Of a stretch of DNA of 64,000 nucleotides, positions 46,251 to 56,059 are shown one piece after another (position 1 is the stretch's first letter; each line of letters starts with the position of its first letter). The notes under the pieces are model-generated. The model was given only the letters and a program-made list of their open reading frames with translations. It was not told where the DNA came from and searched no databases. A program made the position numbers and the translations under genes. The stretch comes from Spirochaetota bacterium (lineage in GTDB: Bacteria; Spirochaetota; UBA4802; UBA5550): assembly GCA_963663865.1 (NCBI GenBank), contig OY760686.1, positions 896,001 to 960,000 of the forward strand, read 5' to 3'.

Positions 46251-47747
46251 TTACATGTATTTGGGTTCTTTGTATGAGTACATGTCATGCACATGGCCTT
46301 CAAGCTGAGCAGACGGGGATCTGAGCTCAAACCTGAGGTCTCCTGATCGCAGCTTTTGATGAAGCATTTCGATGCTTTTCGTTCCCATGTCCTGAAAAGA
46401 GTGTCTAAGTCCCTGAAGCAGGTAGGGGACATAGTCGAACAGTGAGCCTTTATCCACAACAGCTCCTGAAACACCCTGAGCAACTATAATCTTGGCTTCT
46501 TCAGCGAAGTAGCGCTTGTTGCCGCCCATCTCCATCGCCTCCTGCGAGGCCATTCCCCTGTATCTTTTCAGCCTTATCCCGTTTTCGTAGAAGTATTCGC
46601 CCGGGGCCTCATGGGTTCCTGCGAACATTGAACCCATCATAACAGCTGAGGCTCCGAGAGAAAGGGCCTTGGAGATGTGTCCGATAGTGGATACGCCTCC
46701 GTCCGCGATAACCGGAACACCGTGTTTCGCGGCAAAGTTTGCCGTACGGTAAACTGCGGTTGCCTGGGCCCTTCCGACAGACATGGTTGTCTGTGTCGTG
46801 CAGATTGAACCCGGCCCCATGCCGATTCTGAGCGCGTCGGCTCCGGCCTCAATGAGGTTTTTGCTCTGTTCCTCTGTAACGACGTTGCCTCCGATAATAT
46901 CTATTTCGGGATAGTTTTTCTTTATATGTTTAATCATATCGATCTGAAAGACAGAGTTTCCCTGTGCGGAATCGATGACCACGAGATTAACACCGGCAGC
47001 TACAAGAGCGGCAAGGCGTTCCTTGTCCTCTTCCTTGGTGGAAATTGCGGCGCCGACTACAAGCTGTTTTCTGTTGTCCTTGGAGGCAGAGGGATATTCA
47101 CGGTTTTTGAGAAGGTCGTTTCTGCTCATCAGTGCGACGAGCCTTCCCTCATTGTCGATTATCGGGAGTTTGCCTTTTTTGGACTCCTTGAGGATATTGT
47201 TGGCTTCATTCAGAGAAATGCCTTTGTGCGATGTGAGAAGATCCGTCGTCATTACCTGAGAGAGAGGCCTGCTCCGGTCTGTTTCGAAGTCGATGTCCCT
47301 GTTTGTGACAATACCGACAAGCTTTGAATTTAATTTGCCGTTCTCTGTTATCGGAATGCCGGCGAAACCGTATTTACTCTTGATGTCGTCGATGTCTTTA
47401 ATGGTATGAGACGGAGACAGCACCATCGGATCGTTGATAAAGCCGTTTTCATACCTCTTTACCTTTTTAACCAGATCGCTCTGTTGTTCGATGGTGTTGT
47501 TGTAGTGAATAATTCCAATTCCGCCCATCAGAGCGAGTCCGATTGCCATTTCGGCCTCAGTAACGGTATCCATAGGGCTTGAGACAAGCGGGCTCTTGAG
47601 CGTAATATTTCTTGTAATTTTAGTGTCGAGGACAACTTCGTCTGTGCCGAAATCAATGAATCCCGGCAGTATAATAAAGTCGTTGTAGGCCCGGCCTGTG
47701 TTTTTAGTAAAAATTTCGTCCGCTGTAAATCCGTCTTTGTTTTTCAT
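46251..47747 (-). CDS. guaB: IMP dehydrogenase with CBS pair, eukaryote-like type
   Basis: Start MKNKDGF; [45 protein letters not shown]. Confidence 0.96.
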   Translation of the reverse strand: MKNKDGFTADEIFTKNTGRAYNDFIILPGFIDFGTDEVVLDTKITRNITLKSPLVSSPMDTVTEAEMAIGLALMGGIGIIHYNNTIEQQSDLVKKVKRYENGFINDPMVLSPSHTIKDIDDIKSKYGFAGIPITENGKLNSKLVGIVTNRDIDFETDRSRPLSQVMTTDLLTSHKGISLNEANNILKESKKGKLPIIDNEGRLVALMSRNDLLKNREYPSASKDNRKQLVVGAAISTKEEDKERLAALVAAGVNLVVIDSAQGNSVFQIDMIKHIKKNYPEIDIIGGNVVTEEQSKNLIEAGADALRIGMGPGSICTTQTTMSVGRAQATAVYRTANFAAKHGVPVIADGGVSTIGHISKALSLGASAVMMGSMFAGTHEAPGEYFYENGIRLKRYRGMASQEAMEMGGNKRYFAEEAKIIVAQGVSGAVVDKGSLFDYVPYLLQGLRHSFQDMGTKSIEMLHQKLRSGDLRFELRSPSAQLEGHVHDMYSYKEPKYM

Positions 47748-47796
47748 GATATTTCTCCGAATAAAAAATGACAAATAAATCAAGGGTAAAAATTTT

Positions 47797-48585
47797 TCAA
47801 TACTTTTCTTTCGGCAGTATCTGCTTCCCTGCTTCAGCGGGAAGGTATTCACCGTGTATATTTGACATGGCGCTGAACATTGAATTGCGGGCCATGGGGT
47901 TGAGCTTTTCCATTTCCCTGATTATTGCTTTAACGGAATTACGTCCTGAGCTTTCCGCAAAAGGGCACATTTTTTTTTGCGGGGGATATTGTCTTGCTTC
48001 AGCTTGCCGGGCAATCAGATCTTCACTCAGCAGAATGAGGGGCCTGATTATCTTTACTTCACCCTCAAACAGGCTGAGCTCAGCAGGCATTGATGAAATT
48101 GCCCCCTGGTAAATCATGTTTAATAAAAGGGTCTCGATTGCATCATCCATGTGATGTCCCAGAGCAAGCTTGTTGCAATTATTTTCCCTGCAAAAATTAA
48201 AAAGCTCTTTTCTTCTGTTCCACGAGCAGTAAAAGCACGGATTAGTCCCGCTCTTTTCCGGTTTATCGAAGTTAACAGAGATTCGCCTTAGATGGAACTT
48301 GAGTCCCATAGATTCGCAGAGGCCTGAGACGTAGTCTTCATCAAGCGAGTAGGGTATCTCATTTATCCCTATGTGTACAGGAAAAATCTCATATTTAATC
48401 GGTAAGAACCTGAGCCTTTCAGCAAGAGTTTCAAACAAAACATAGGAGTCCTTCCCCCCGGAAATCCCGACGGCAATCCTGTCTCCTTCCGTGATAAGGT
48501 TATACCTGTTGACAGCCTTCCCGACAGTCCTTCGGTTCTTATCGATGAGCTTTTTCTCAGCGCTTGAGAGGTTCTTTCTTTTCAT
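47797..48585 (-). CDS. ttcA: tRNA 2-thiocytidine(32) synthetase TtcA family
   Basis: SGGKDS PP-loop, CFYC..RR, LGHHMDD, IIRPL, CP. Confidence 0.88.
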   Translation of the reverse strand: MKRKNLSSAEKKLIDKNRRTVGKAVNRYNLITEGDRIAVGISGGKDSYVLFETLAERLRFLPIKYEIFPVHIGINEIPYSLDEDYVSGLCESMGLKFHLRRISVNFDKPEKSGTNPCFYCSWNRRKELFNFCRENNCNKLALGHHMDDAIETLLLNMIYQGAISSMPAELSLFEGEVKIIRPLILLSEDLIARQAEARQYPPQKKMCPFAESSGRNSVKAIIREMEKLNPMARNSMFSAMSNIHGEYLPAEAGKQILPKEKY

Positions 48586-48591
48586 GCGGAT

Positions 48592-50085
48592 TCAGCTGTG
48601 TTCAGGCTCCCTGCTATAGTTGAGTTTAATATAGTTATTGATGTAATCCTGAGGGTTTTTTACGGCCTCCTGATTGATCGTGAAGCTTTCAAGGTTCATA
48701 AGCCTCATCCCGTGATAATAGTCCGCAAATAGCGATTTACAGAGCTTCTTTATATCGAGTTTTTTTTCACCGGCAATCTTTCCGATTTCAGCCGAAGCCT
48801 CTGGCGTGAAATCAAGAAAGGTTCCATGCTCAACCATAAACTCCTCCTGAAAGGACTTAATCCCGTCTGTGAGAAGGAGCTGTTTCAGTGTTTCGGCCGG
48901 TTCTTTAATGAGATTATTGTCAACGTGTAGCTCTTTAATATCAGTCGACGGCAGTTTCTTTTCGAAACGGATAAGCAGCTCTTCAAAGACGCTGAGCAGA
49001 CCCCGGGCTCCTGTTTTTTCCTGATAGGCCCTTTCCGCGAGCACCTTCAGTGAATCCGGGCTAAAGCTGAGCTTGATGCCGTATGAGAGAAAATCGAGCT
49101 TCTTCCCCAGTATGACCGAGCTGTTTTTGTTTTTAAGTATCTTGTAAAGGCCTTCAGCGTCGAGTTCGTTGAGAACAACGTGAACGGGAAGTCTTCCTAT
49201 GAACTCAGACTCGAAGCCGTACTGAATAAAGTCCTCTGTTTTGACAAGCTTCAGGCTGTTTGATTTCTGTGACTCGGGTGTTCTCTCCTTCTCAAAGCCT
49301 ATTGCCTGCCTGTTAAGCCTTCTTCCGATGATTTCAGTAAGGCCCTGGAAAGCCCCGGATACGATAAAGAGAATGTTCTTTGTACTAATCTTTTTTCTTG
49401 TAACACGGCCGGTCTTCTGAGCCTCCATTGCCGCTTCGACCTGTGAGGCCAGGTCATGAGGGGTTTTCAGGTCCACTTCAGAGTCTTCCATGAGCTTGAG
49501 AAGGTTTCTCTGCACGCCTGACCTTGAGACATCGGGCCCGCTCTGACCGCTTGTTGAAGCAATTTTGTCAATTTCGTCTATATATATAATACCGTATTCG
49601 GCTCTCCCTATGTCACCCTCCGCTTCATGGACAAGTTCTCTGACCAGATCTTCAACGTCGCCGCCGACATAACCTGTTTCGCTGAATTTGGTCGCGTCAG
49701 CCTTTACAAAGGGAACGCCTAACTTTGAAGCTATGAGCTTGATAATATATGTCTTACCAACACCGGTAGGGCCGATGAGAAGCATATTGCTTTTTATATT
49801 GCCTATAAGCTTCTCCTCTTCTGTAAGGGAATCCTGGAGCTTCATCTTGCTGAAGTGTGTGCATACCTTTGTCGCGATAATCTCAACAGCGTCTTCCTGT
49901 CCCACCACAAAGCGGTTGAGATAAGCCTCAAGCTCTTCCGGTTTTAAATCGAACTTGTATGTGCCTTTTACCGAATCTGAACCGGCATGATCCCCTGTTT
50001 CTTCAGGGTCTTGCTGAACCTCCTCTGCGTCCATCTTGAGCAGGTCGTTCAGGTTTTTTTCGGGATCAAAAGCTGGATTTGTCAT
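48592..50085 (-). CDS. ClpX-like AAA+ ATPase lacking the N-terminal zinc-binding domain, with a C-terminal extension
   Basis: GPTGVGKT, ETGYVGGDVE, IYIDEIDKI, IGF loop, EFIGRLP, GARGL; start MTNPAF. Confidence 0.88.
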   Translation of the reverse strand: MTNPAFDPEKNLNDLLKMDAEEVQQDPEETGDHAGSDSVKGTYKFDLKPEELEAYLNRFVVGQEDAVEIIATKVCTHFSKMKLQDSLTEEEKLIGNIKSNMLLIGPTGVGKTYIIKLIASKLGVPFVKADATKFSETGYVGGDVEDLVRELVHEAEGDIGRAEYGIIYIDEIDKIASTSGQSGPDVSRSGVQRNLLKLMEDSEVDLKTPHDLASQVEAAMEAQKTGRVTRKKISTKNILFIVSGAFQGLTEIIGRRLNRQAIGFEKERTPESQKSNSLKLVKTEDFIQYGFESEFIGRLPVHVVLNELDAEGLYKILKNKNSSVILGKKLDFLSYGIKLSFSPDSLKVLAERAYQEKTGARGLLSVFEELLIRFEKKLPSTDIKELHVDNNLIKEPAETLKQLLLTDGIKSFQEEFMVEHGTFLDFTPEASAEIGKIAGEKKLDIKKLCKSLFADYYHGMRLMNLESFTINQEAVKNPQDYINNYIKLNYSREPEHS

Positions 50086-50345
50086 TCTTTTACCTTCATT
50101 ATAAATCAGACTAAAACTGTATTTATATAAGTACAATAGATACAGATACTGTTACCACGTTTAAAAGTAATGGCTCAGGAATCAATAGCAAAAAAGGAAA
50201 AAATTGATTACAGATGCCGGTATTTTTCAAGGAAATTTGCCGGGTCTTGCATGGAAATTCCGGGTTGATTAAGGGATGCGGCGTGTCCTCAATTCAGAGG
50301 GTTGGCTGGAGTAAAACAATTTATTGATTTCATCCTGAATATATG

Positions 50346-50429
50346 TGCCGAAGGAGGGAATCGAACCCTCATGGAGTTTCCTCCGGCGGATTTTGAATCC
50401 GCTGCGTCTACCAATTCCACCACTTCGGC
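50346..50429 (-). tRNA. tRNA-Leu (CAA)
   Basis: Acceptor GCCGAAG/CTTCGGC, anticodon arm GCGGA-TTCAAAA-TCCGC, variable arm GGAG-GAAA-CTCC, GGTTCGATTCC; CCA not encoded. Confidence 0.97.
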
Positions 50430-50449
50430 AGGATGTTCTGCTTAATCTA

Positions 50450-50866
50450 TTATTCCGGCTGGGGTAGTTCGTCGAGCTCTATGTACTTGCCCTTGGCACG
50501 CGCGACGATTTTGCCCATCTCGTTTTCAATCTCGGCGCGGTTTTCGATGACTCTCTTGCTTTTTTTTACGTACCAGCCTCTGATGTAGAGGTTCTCCTGT
50601 ATAAATGCCGGCTGAAGATACCTTATAGTAAGTTCGCTCGTAATCGCCATACTGTCCATATACTTATTAACAGTTATCATTGTTTCATCAAGGATGGAGG
50701 CGACTATACCGGCATGAATAATATTGGGAGGGCCCTCGAACAGTTCGGTGGCAGTAAATTCGCCGTAGGCTGTTTTGGTGTCATCGTCAAAGCTCAACTC
50801 AAGCCTGAGGCCGTTTTCATTTTCCTGACCGCAGCCGAAACAGATTTTATCTTCAAATTCAATCAT
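50450..50866 (-). CDS. PaaI-family hotdog thioesterase
   Basis: CFGCG..N..GL.L, GPPNIIHAGIVASILDE, T.EL.IRY..P. Confidence 0.9.
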   Translation of the reverse strand: MIEFEDKICFGCGQENENGLRLELSFDDDTKTAYGEFTATELFEGPPNIIHAGIVASILDETMITVNKYMDSMAITSELTIRYLQPAFIQENLYIRGWYVKKSKRVIENRAEIENEMGKIVARAKGKYIELDELPQPE

Positions 50867-50873
50867 ACGGTCA

Positions 50874-50902
50874 ATAGTGTGTCATAAAGGTGTTTTTGTC
50901 AA
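50874..50902 (-). promoter_or_regulatory. sigma70 promoter for thioesterase and tRNA-Leu (leaderless candidate)
   Basis: TTGACA-17-CACTAT; ATG 7 nt later; no SD. Confidence 0.55.
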
Positions 50903-50905
50903 GTA

Positions 50906-51214
50906 TTATTTGGATTTAGCATCTTTTGATGAAATTCTTTTCATAAGCATATCTATCTCCTCCTGGTCGAGCCACTCGTTGACATGATTAATCGGCCTTT
51001 CAGTTACAAGGAGAAACATCTCAAGGGCCATTATCATATCTTCCTTTGTGAGTATTCCCTGAGTTACAAGTATCTCCCCAACAAGGCGGGTTGGATTGTC
51101 CTTCTGCATCTCCAGGGCATCATCAAGCTGCCTGGAGGTAATGATTCCGTTCTGAACAAGAAATTCGCCAACCTTTACGTCATTTTCAGATATGTTGATG
51201 TTTCCTGAATCCAT
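50906..51214 (-). CDS. stand-alone MshEN-like (putative c-di-GMP-binding) protein
   Basis: Tandem motifs KVGEFLVQNGIITSRQLDDALEMQ and RLVGEILVTQGILTKEDMIMALEM. Confidence 0.75.
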   Translation of the reverse strand: MDSGNINISENDVKVGEFLVQNGIITSRQLDDALEMQKDNPTRLVGEILVTQGILTKEDMIMALEMFLLVTERPINHVNEWLDQEEIDMLMKRISSKDAKSK

Positions 51215-51307
51215 CGGACTCTCCTTCCTTCTATTATCAATATTTTACAATCTAATCATGGCATGTGTCAAGTTCAAATTTTTAGATGTTATGGGGGGAT
51301 AATGGTC

Positions 51308-52252
51308 TCAGCAGATTCCGCACGTTCCGCCGGAATGAGTGTCGGGGCCGAGCCACCTGAGAGGTTCAGTCAGGATGAGCACCTCGCTGATTCGGCAGCT
51401 GCATTCAAGCAGACCGGCGAAGCTTTCGTCACGCATGGGGCTTTTTCCGCTGAATATGATGTTTTTCAGTGAATGGAATATGTGGGGCAGGGGGGCGCCC
51501 GCCAGGTTTTCATTGCTTTTGTAATCAGCTGTGGATACAATCCTGGATATTTTGTCTGTCACAGACTTTCTGAATAACAGGTCAAGGATGAAGCTGTAGA
51601 GTTCGTCTGTGCCGAGAATGAAATTGGTGAATCTGTTCAATCCCGAAATCATTTCATTTACAAAAATACCGCTGTCCATGTCCTTGTGGGCAATAAACGG
51701 AATGCGCTTCATTGAGGGGGACGCGTGAGACATTCTTATGAAAGCGTTGAGGTCAAAGCCGGCGCCGAGGTCAGCCGCAGAGAATACAATGTCGGATCCT
51801 TCGATCTTTGAGAAAAATTCATTCGTTCCGGGGGCGGTTTCGAGCGCGTAACCGAATGATTCAAGTATAGATTCCAGTATCATGATAACATTTGGACGCG
51901 ATTCAAGCGCCAGAAAAGTTCCGTATCTTTTATTTGTGCATCTTTTTTTTTCAAGGGCTGATATATACGCCGGTATTCTTTTGCTGCATTCAAGCGGAAA
52001 GCATCGAGCTGTTCCTGCGGCAAACAGGCTTTTTTGGGCATTTTTATCTTCGGCATCTCCTACCGCTATGACGGTACATTCCCGGCCTGCATGTCTGTTA
52101 AGGCCGGCAGATTCTTTTCCGCTGTATGGAATATAGGTTATAGCATAGTCAAAGGGCCCTGAAGATTCTTCAGTAAAGAACTGAAATTCAGGGTCAGCCT
52201 TGAAAGCTGATGAGCTGAGTATTTGCTTATGCTTGATGAGAACCTTTTTCAT
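51308..52252 (-). CDS. hypothetical protein with degenerate receiver-like domain(s) and a terminal CxxC
   Basis: Likely start MKKVLIK; LALES..ILESFGY...IPFIA receiver-like pattern; ends GGTCGIC. Confidence 0.65.
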   Translation of the reverse strand: MKKVLIKHKQILSSSAFKADPEFQFFTEESSGPFDYAITYIPYSGKESAGLNRHAGRECTVIAVGDAEDKNAQKSLFAAGTARCFPLECSKRIPAYISALEKKRCTNKRYGTFLALESRPNVIMILESILESFGYALETAPGTNEFFSKIEGSDIVFSAADLGAGFDLNAFIRMSHASPSMKRIPFIAHKDMDSGIFVNEMISGLNRFTNFILGTDELYSFILDLLFRKSVTDKISRIVSTADYKSNENLAGAPLPHIFHSLKNIIFSGKSPMRDESFAGLLECSCRISEVLILTEPLRWLGPDTHSGGTCGIC

Positions 52253-52445
52253 GGTTATAATACAAGGCGGCGCTTTTAAACAGTCAATCAGAAATAGAAA
52301 ACCCAATGGAAATATATTTAGCTCTATTCTTTTTTGTGTTTGTGGTCCGGCTGAATCAACATAATTCAAGACGGAGGTTGAAGCAGGAGTGCACAAATGG
52401 GCAGAAGATAAAAATAACATTGTATATAAAAGAGTTCTTTATGCC

Positions 52446-52474
52446 TTGACATTTAATTTCAGTTTGACTATAAT
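52446..52474 (+). promoter_or_regulatory. perfect-consensus sigma70 promoter
   Basis: TTGACA-17-TATAAT upstream of the Yip1 gene. Confidence 0.85.
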
Positions 52475-52539
52475 ACGCTGTCATTGTTGCCGGCTAAGCT
52501 CCGGCTTATGATTACAGAATATTTACAGGAGGAAGTTCT

Positions 52540-53262
52540 ATGGCAGAACAGGTGTTCAACTTCGGCAAGTTCATTGAAGACTCTAAAGCTGTACTTCTCA
52601 AACCGAAGCAGTATTTTACATCAATGGAGAAGACAGGCGGTTTTGGTGAACCAATTATTAAGGCTCTCATTTACGGAGCAATTTCAGGCGCAATAACATG
52701 GATAGCGGTTGCTGCTGGAGCTCAGGTAACTGTAGGAGCAATGGGCGGTCTTCTGGGAAGCGCCGTTGGAATTCTCGGGTTTATTGTCAGCTTGATCGGA
52801 GCCATAATCGGCCTTTTTATCGGCGCGGTACTTGTGCTCATCGTTTCGGCAATCAGCAATGGATCGACCGATTTTGAAGCAAATACAAGGGTAGTGGCTT
52901 CAATGATGGTTCTTTCGCCAATAGGCGCCCTTCTCGGACTTCTGGGGGTTCTGAGCCTTTATCTGGGGGCTGTGATTGCATGCGCTATTTCGCTGTATGG
53001 GCTTTATCTTTTATACAACGGCGTGACTTACGCCCTTGAGGGAAAAGAAGGCACAGCCAGGGTTGTTTCGATAGTGCTGGCGATTGTTCCCGTACTCATT
53101 CTTATAAGCTCGCTTGTATGCGCTAAGGCGGTTGATTCTTCAAGCAAAATGATGCAGGAGTACATGAAGGGGAACACTCAGTCAAAGGACATTGAAGATT
53201 TCTCCAAAAGGATGGAAGAGCTTGGAAAACAGCTCGAGAAAGAGATGAAAAAGGCCGAGTAA
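52540..53262 (+). CDS. Yip1-family membrane protein
   Basis: AGGAGG SD; VLLKPKQYF N-terminal motif; about 5 TM helices; charged C-terminal helix. Confidence 0.8.
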   Translation: MAEQVFNFGKFIEDSKAVLLKPKQYFTSMEKTGGFGEPIIKALIYGAISGAITWIAVAAGAQVTVGAMGGLLGSAVGILGFIVSLIGAIIGLFIGAVLVLIVSAISNGSTDFEANTRVVASMMVLSPIGALLGLLGVLSLYLGAVIACAISLYGLYLLYNGVTYALEGKEGTARVVSIVLAIVPVLILISSLVCAKAVDSSSKMMQEYMKGNTQSKDIEDFSKRMEELGKQLEKEMKKAE

Positions 53263-53292
53263 GTTCCAGCGGGATATTCAGGCTGAATTACG

Positions 53293-53323
53293 ACCGCAGG
53301 TTGAAAGACGCCTGCGGTTTTTT
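53293..53323 (+). terminator. intrinsic terminator
   Basis: ACCGCAGG-N10-CCTGCGGT followed by TTTTT. Confidence 0.85.
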
Positions 53324-53457
53324 ATTTTACTGAAAATGACGGGCCGGACTAATGACTTTTAAAGCCTTTCTTGATTAAAAATTGACTTTTATGCCCTTTT
53401 GTTAAACAAAGATATTATCCCGGCCGGATAAGGCTATAATCCTCGGTAGAACGAATA

Positions 53458-54189
53458 ATGAAAGATCCCTACACAATATTATCTGAAAGCTATGATTATA
53501 TCCTCAGGCATGTCGATTATCAGGGCTGGTACACTCACATAAAGGAGGTCATGCACCGCTTTGTGCAGGTACCTCATAATATCGTTGAGCTGGGCTGCGG
53601 AACCGGAAAGTTCGGCGCCAAGTTCTCCACGGACGGTTATACAATATTTGGGATCGACCGCTCTATAGACATGCTGAGAGCTGCCAGGCCGAGGGCTTTC
53701 AGAAATTTCAGGCTCATCTGTGCAGATATGTCGGATTTCAGCCTGAAAATCAAAGCGGATTTCATTTTTTCTGTTCACGATACGATGAACTATTTTCTGA
53801 AAAAACGTGATGTGCGCAGGGTCCTTAAGTGCGTAAAGGATATTATGCATGAAAAATCAGTTTTTCTTTTTGATATTACGACCGAATTTAATATCAGAAA
53901 CAACTTTGACGGCAAGATCAATGTGTATAAAACGCGCGGCCGGGTCATCGAATGGGAGAATACATATTTCCCGCGTAAACGATATGTAAAATCATCTTTA
54001 CACTTTATGGAGCCTGACGGGACATCCCACACGGAAGTACACTGGCAGAGGATATACTCCATAAAGGAAATGACCAGGATGCTGCATGCTGAGGGCTTTG
54101 AAATTCTCGGGATATACAGCGATTACAGCTTTGATCCTCCCGGCAGAGAGACAGTCATGATAAACTTTGCAGTGAGAAAAAAACGATGA
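53458..54189 (+). CDS. class I SAM-dependent methyltransferase
   Basis: YD..L.HVDY..W, ELGCGTG, GIDRS..ML, ADM, DTMNY. Confidence 0.9.
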   Translation: MKDPYTILSESYDYILRHVDYQGWYTHIKEVMHRFVQVPHNIVELGCGTGKFGAKFSTDGYTIFGIDRSIDMLRAARPRAFRNFRLICADMSDFSLKIKADFIFSVHDTMNYFLKKRDVRRVLKCVKDIMHEKSVFLFDITTEFNIRNNFDGKINVYKTRGRVIEWENTYFPRKRYVKSSLHFMEPDGTSHTEVHWQRIYSIKEMTRMLHAEGFEILGIYSDYSFDPPGRETVMINFAVRKKR

Positions 54190-54494
54190 GCATTGTTCTT
54201 TATTCCGCGGGGCTTATAGCGGGAGTATCAGTCTTCCTTTATATCTATTCGCTGGTTAACCGGCCGAAGGAAAAAGCTGCCAAAAAAAATAGAATTCCCG
54301 CAGGTAAAACATCAGGTGCCGGTTCAGCCGTAAAAAAACACGCGATTGCTACGATTCCGCCAGGTGAAAGGATGTGCCCCCTTTGCAGATCCACGCTTTC
54401 TAAAAGCGAGCCGCTCTATGCATCCAGAGTAGAAGAGAAGGGAGAAGGCCGCATTCTGATTCTGGGATGCAGATATTGCTATAAGGACGATTGA
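54186..54494 (+). CDS. small membrane-anchored protein with a Zn-ribbon-like CxxC...CxxC
   Basis: N-terminal TM; CPLC and GCRYC; ATGA overlap with the upstream gene. Confidence 0.75.
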   Translation: MSIVLYSAGLIAGVSVFLYIYSLVNRPKEKAAKKNRIPAGKTSGAGSAVKKHAIATIPPGERMCPLCRSTLSKSEPLYASRVEEKGEGRILILGCRYCYKDD

Positions 54495-55186
54495 TCAGGC
54501 TGTTCTTCATCTGCCGGGCCTGATGGCGGGTATTCTCTGTCAATCCAGCCGTACTTTCCTCTGATAGACTCCACATTGCAAAATTCGTGAAATGTAAAGT
54601 TCCGCAGCGACTCTTCATCTATGGGCCTGTTAATGTAGCGTACAATCTGCTGCTGGAAGGTCGGTCCCATGGGGAACACGGCCGGGCTCCCGTTTTTCAG
54701 AAGGGCCAACAGCTTCATTGGACGCTGGCTGCATGCCGCGTGAATAATTAAGCCGTCAAATTTCCCCACTGAATCGTCGATGCCGGACGCGTCTCCTGCG
54801 AATATCCTGATATTAAAGAAGCCATTATCAACAAGGTTTTTTCTTGTTGATTTAGCAAGATTGGCGTTAAGCTCTATGGTTATGACTTCCTTTACCATTT
54901 TCGAGAGAAGAGCTGTCGAATAGCCTGAGCCGGTACCAATTTCAAGGAGTTTCCACGACTTTTTAGGCTCAAGAAGCTGTATCATTCTTGAGAGAATGAA
55001 AGGGTCATCGCTTTTCTGGCCGCATCCGATTGAGACGGGCTTGAGGCTGTATGGAGCGAAATCGATAGTCCTTGGGAAAAATTCCGCCTGGTCAATCTCT
55101 GAAAAGGCATTGATTATGTTTTTAGATATGCCGCTCTCTTTAAGATGCTTCAGAAGCGCGGGCCGTTCATTGGTATTCTTTTTCAT
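54479..55186 (-). CDS. pcm: protein-L-isoaspartate O-methyltransferase homologue
   Basis: IGCGQ, LEIGTGSGYSTALL, GDAS, FD..IIHAA, PMG...QQ. Confidence 0.8.
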   Translation of the reverse strand: MKKNTNERPALLKHLKESGISKNIINAFSEIDQAEFFPRTIDFAPYSLKPVSIGCGQKSDDPFILSRMIQLLEPKKSWKLLEIGTGSGYSTALLSKMVKEVITIELNANLAKSTRKNLVDNGFFNIRIFAGDASGIDDSVGKFDGLIIHAACSQRPMKLLALLKNGSPAVFPMGPTFQQQIVRYINRPIDEESLRNFTFHEFCNVESIRGKYGWIDREYPPSGPADEEQPDQSSL

Positions 55187-55276
55187 GATCCGTTTTTTGC
55201 TGAGTTATTATTTCAGTTTCGCTTTTCCGGGAAAGCCGGGGACCCGCAAGGGCATTATCCCCCCCATTTTCAATTT

Positions 55277-56059
55277 CTACAAGTTGATAAGAGTAAGGAA
55301 ATATGTCAAAAAATAATCTGATATGAGAATCGCCATTGAGGAAAAAACAACAGCGGAAATAGTTGCGCGTCCGACTCCCTCTGCGCCTCCTCTGGTGTTG
55401 AAGCCCTGATAGCACGATATTACCGATATTATCAGGCCGAAGAAAAGCGACTTAATGAGTCCCGACATGAGGTCGGCGAGAGCAACGTACTGTATGATGT
55501 TTTCGAAGTACTTTGACGGTGTGAGGCTCAGTCCGAAATATGCTATGAAGGCTCCGCCGAGAACCCCGACCATGTCAGTCAGTACCGTCAGAAGGGGAGT
55601 CATTGTTACGCACGCAATGAAACGTGGTACGGCGAGGTACTGCACCGGATCAGCGGAGAGAGTGCGCAGCGCGTCAATCTGTTCTGTAACCTTCATGGTC
55701 CCTATCTGGGCTGCGATAGACGAGCCGACACGGCCCGCCAGGAGCAGTCCGGTCAAAACGGGGCAAAGTTCCCTGAACATTGATATTGTGACCGCGCTGC
55801 CTATGAACATGGACGATCCGCTCATAAGCGCATCCATTGCCCGGCCTATCTGGTATGCCATGACCATGCCGGTAAAGAAAAGGGTGATGGCCGTTACAGG
55901 AATCGATTTGTAACCTATTTCGAGCATCTGGCGGATTATATTCTGCGTGTCAAAGGGGCGCCTGAAAGTCCATTTCAGGGTATCTTTCAGGAAGATCAGG
56001 TGGCCGCCCAGGGCCTCCATGGCGGAGATGAAAACATTTCCCGCGGCCGCATTACTCAT
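55277..56059 (-). CDS. mlaE: ABC transporter permease, MlaE family
   Basis: RELCPVLTGLLLAGRVGS, IGTMKVTEQIDAL, GGAEGVGRAT. Confidence 0.92.
   Translation of the reverse strand: MSNAAAGNVFISAMEALGGHLIFLKDTLKWTFRRPFDTQNIIRQMLEIGYKSIPVTAITLFFTGMVMAYQIGRAMDALMSGSSMFIGSAVTISMFRELCPVLTGLLLAGRVGSSIAAQIGTMKVTEQIDALRTLSADPVQYLAVPRFIACVTMTPLLTVLTDMVGVLGGAFIAYFGLSLTPSKYFENIIQYVALADLMSGLIKSLFFGLIISVISCYQGFNTRGGAEGVGRATISAVVFSSMAILISDYFLTYFLTLINL

Noticed and set aside
47748-47852. N-terminal extension of GuaB
   Set aside because: Overlaps ttcA; a GGAG SD precedes the downstream start
32557-50429. Functional cluster of Leu-transferase, tRNA-Leu genes and ClpX-like ATPase
   Set aside because: Genes are 15-20 kb apart among unrelated housekeeping genes; likely coincidence
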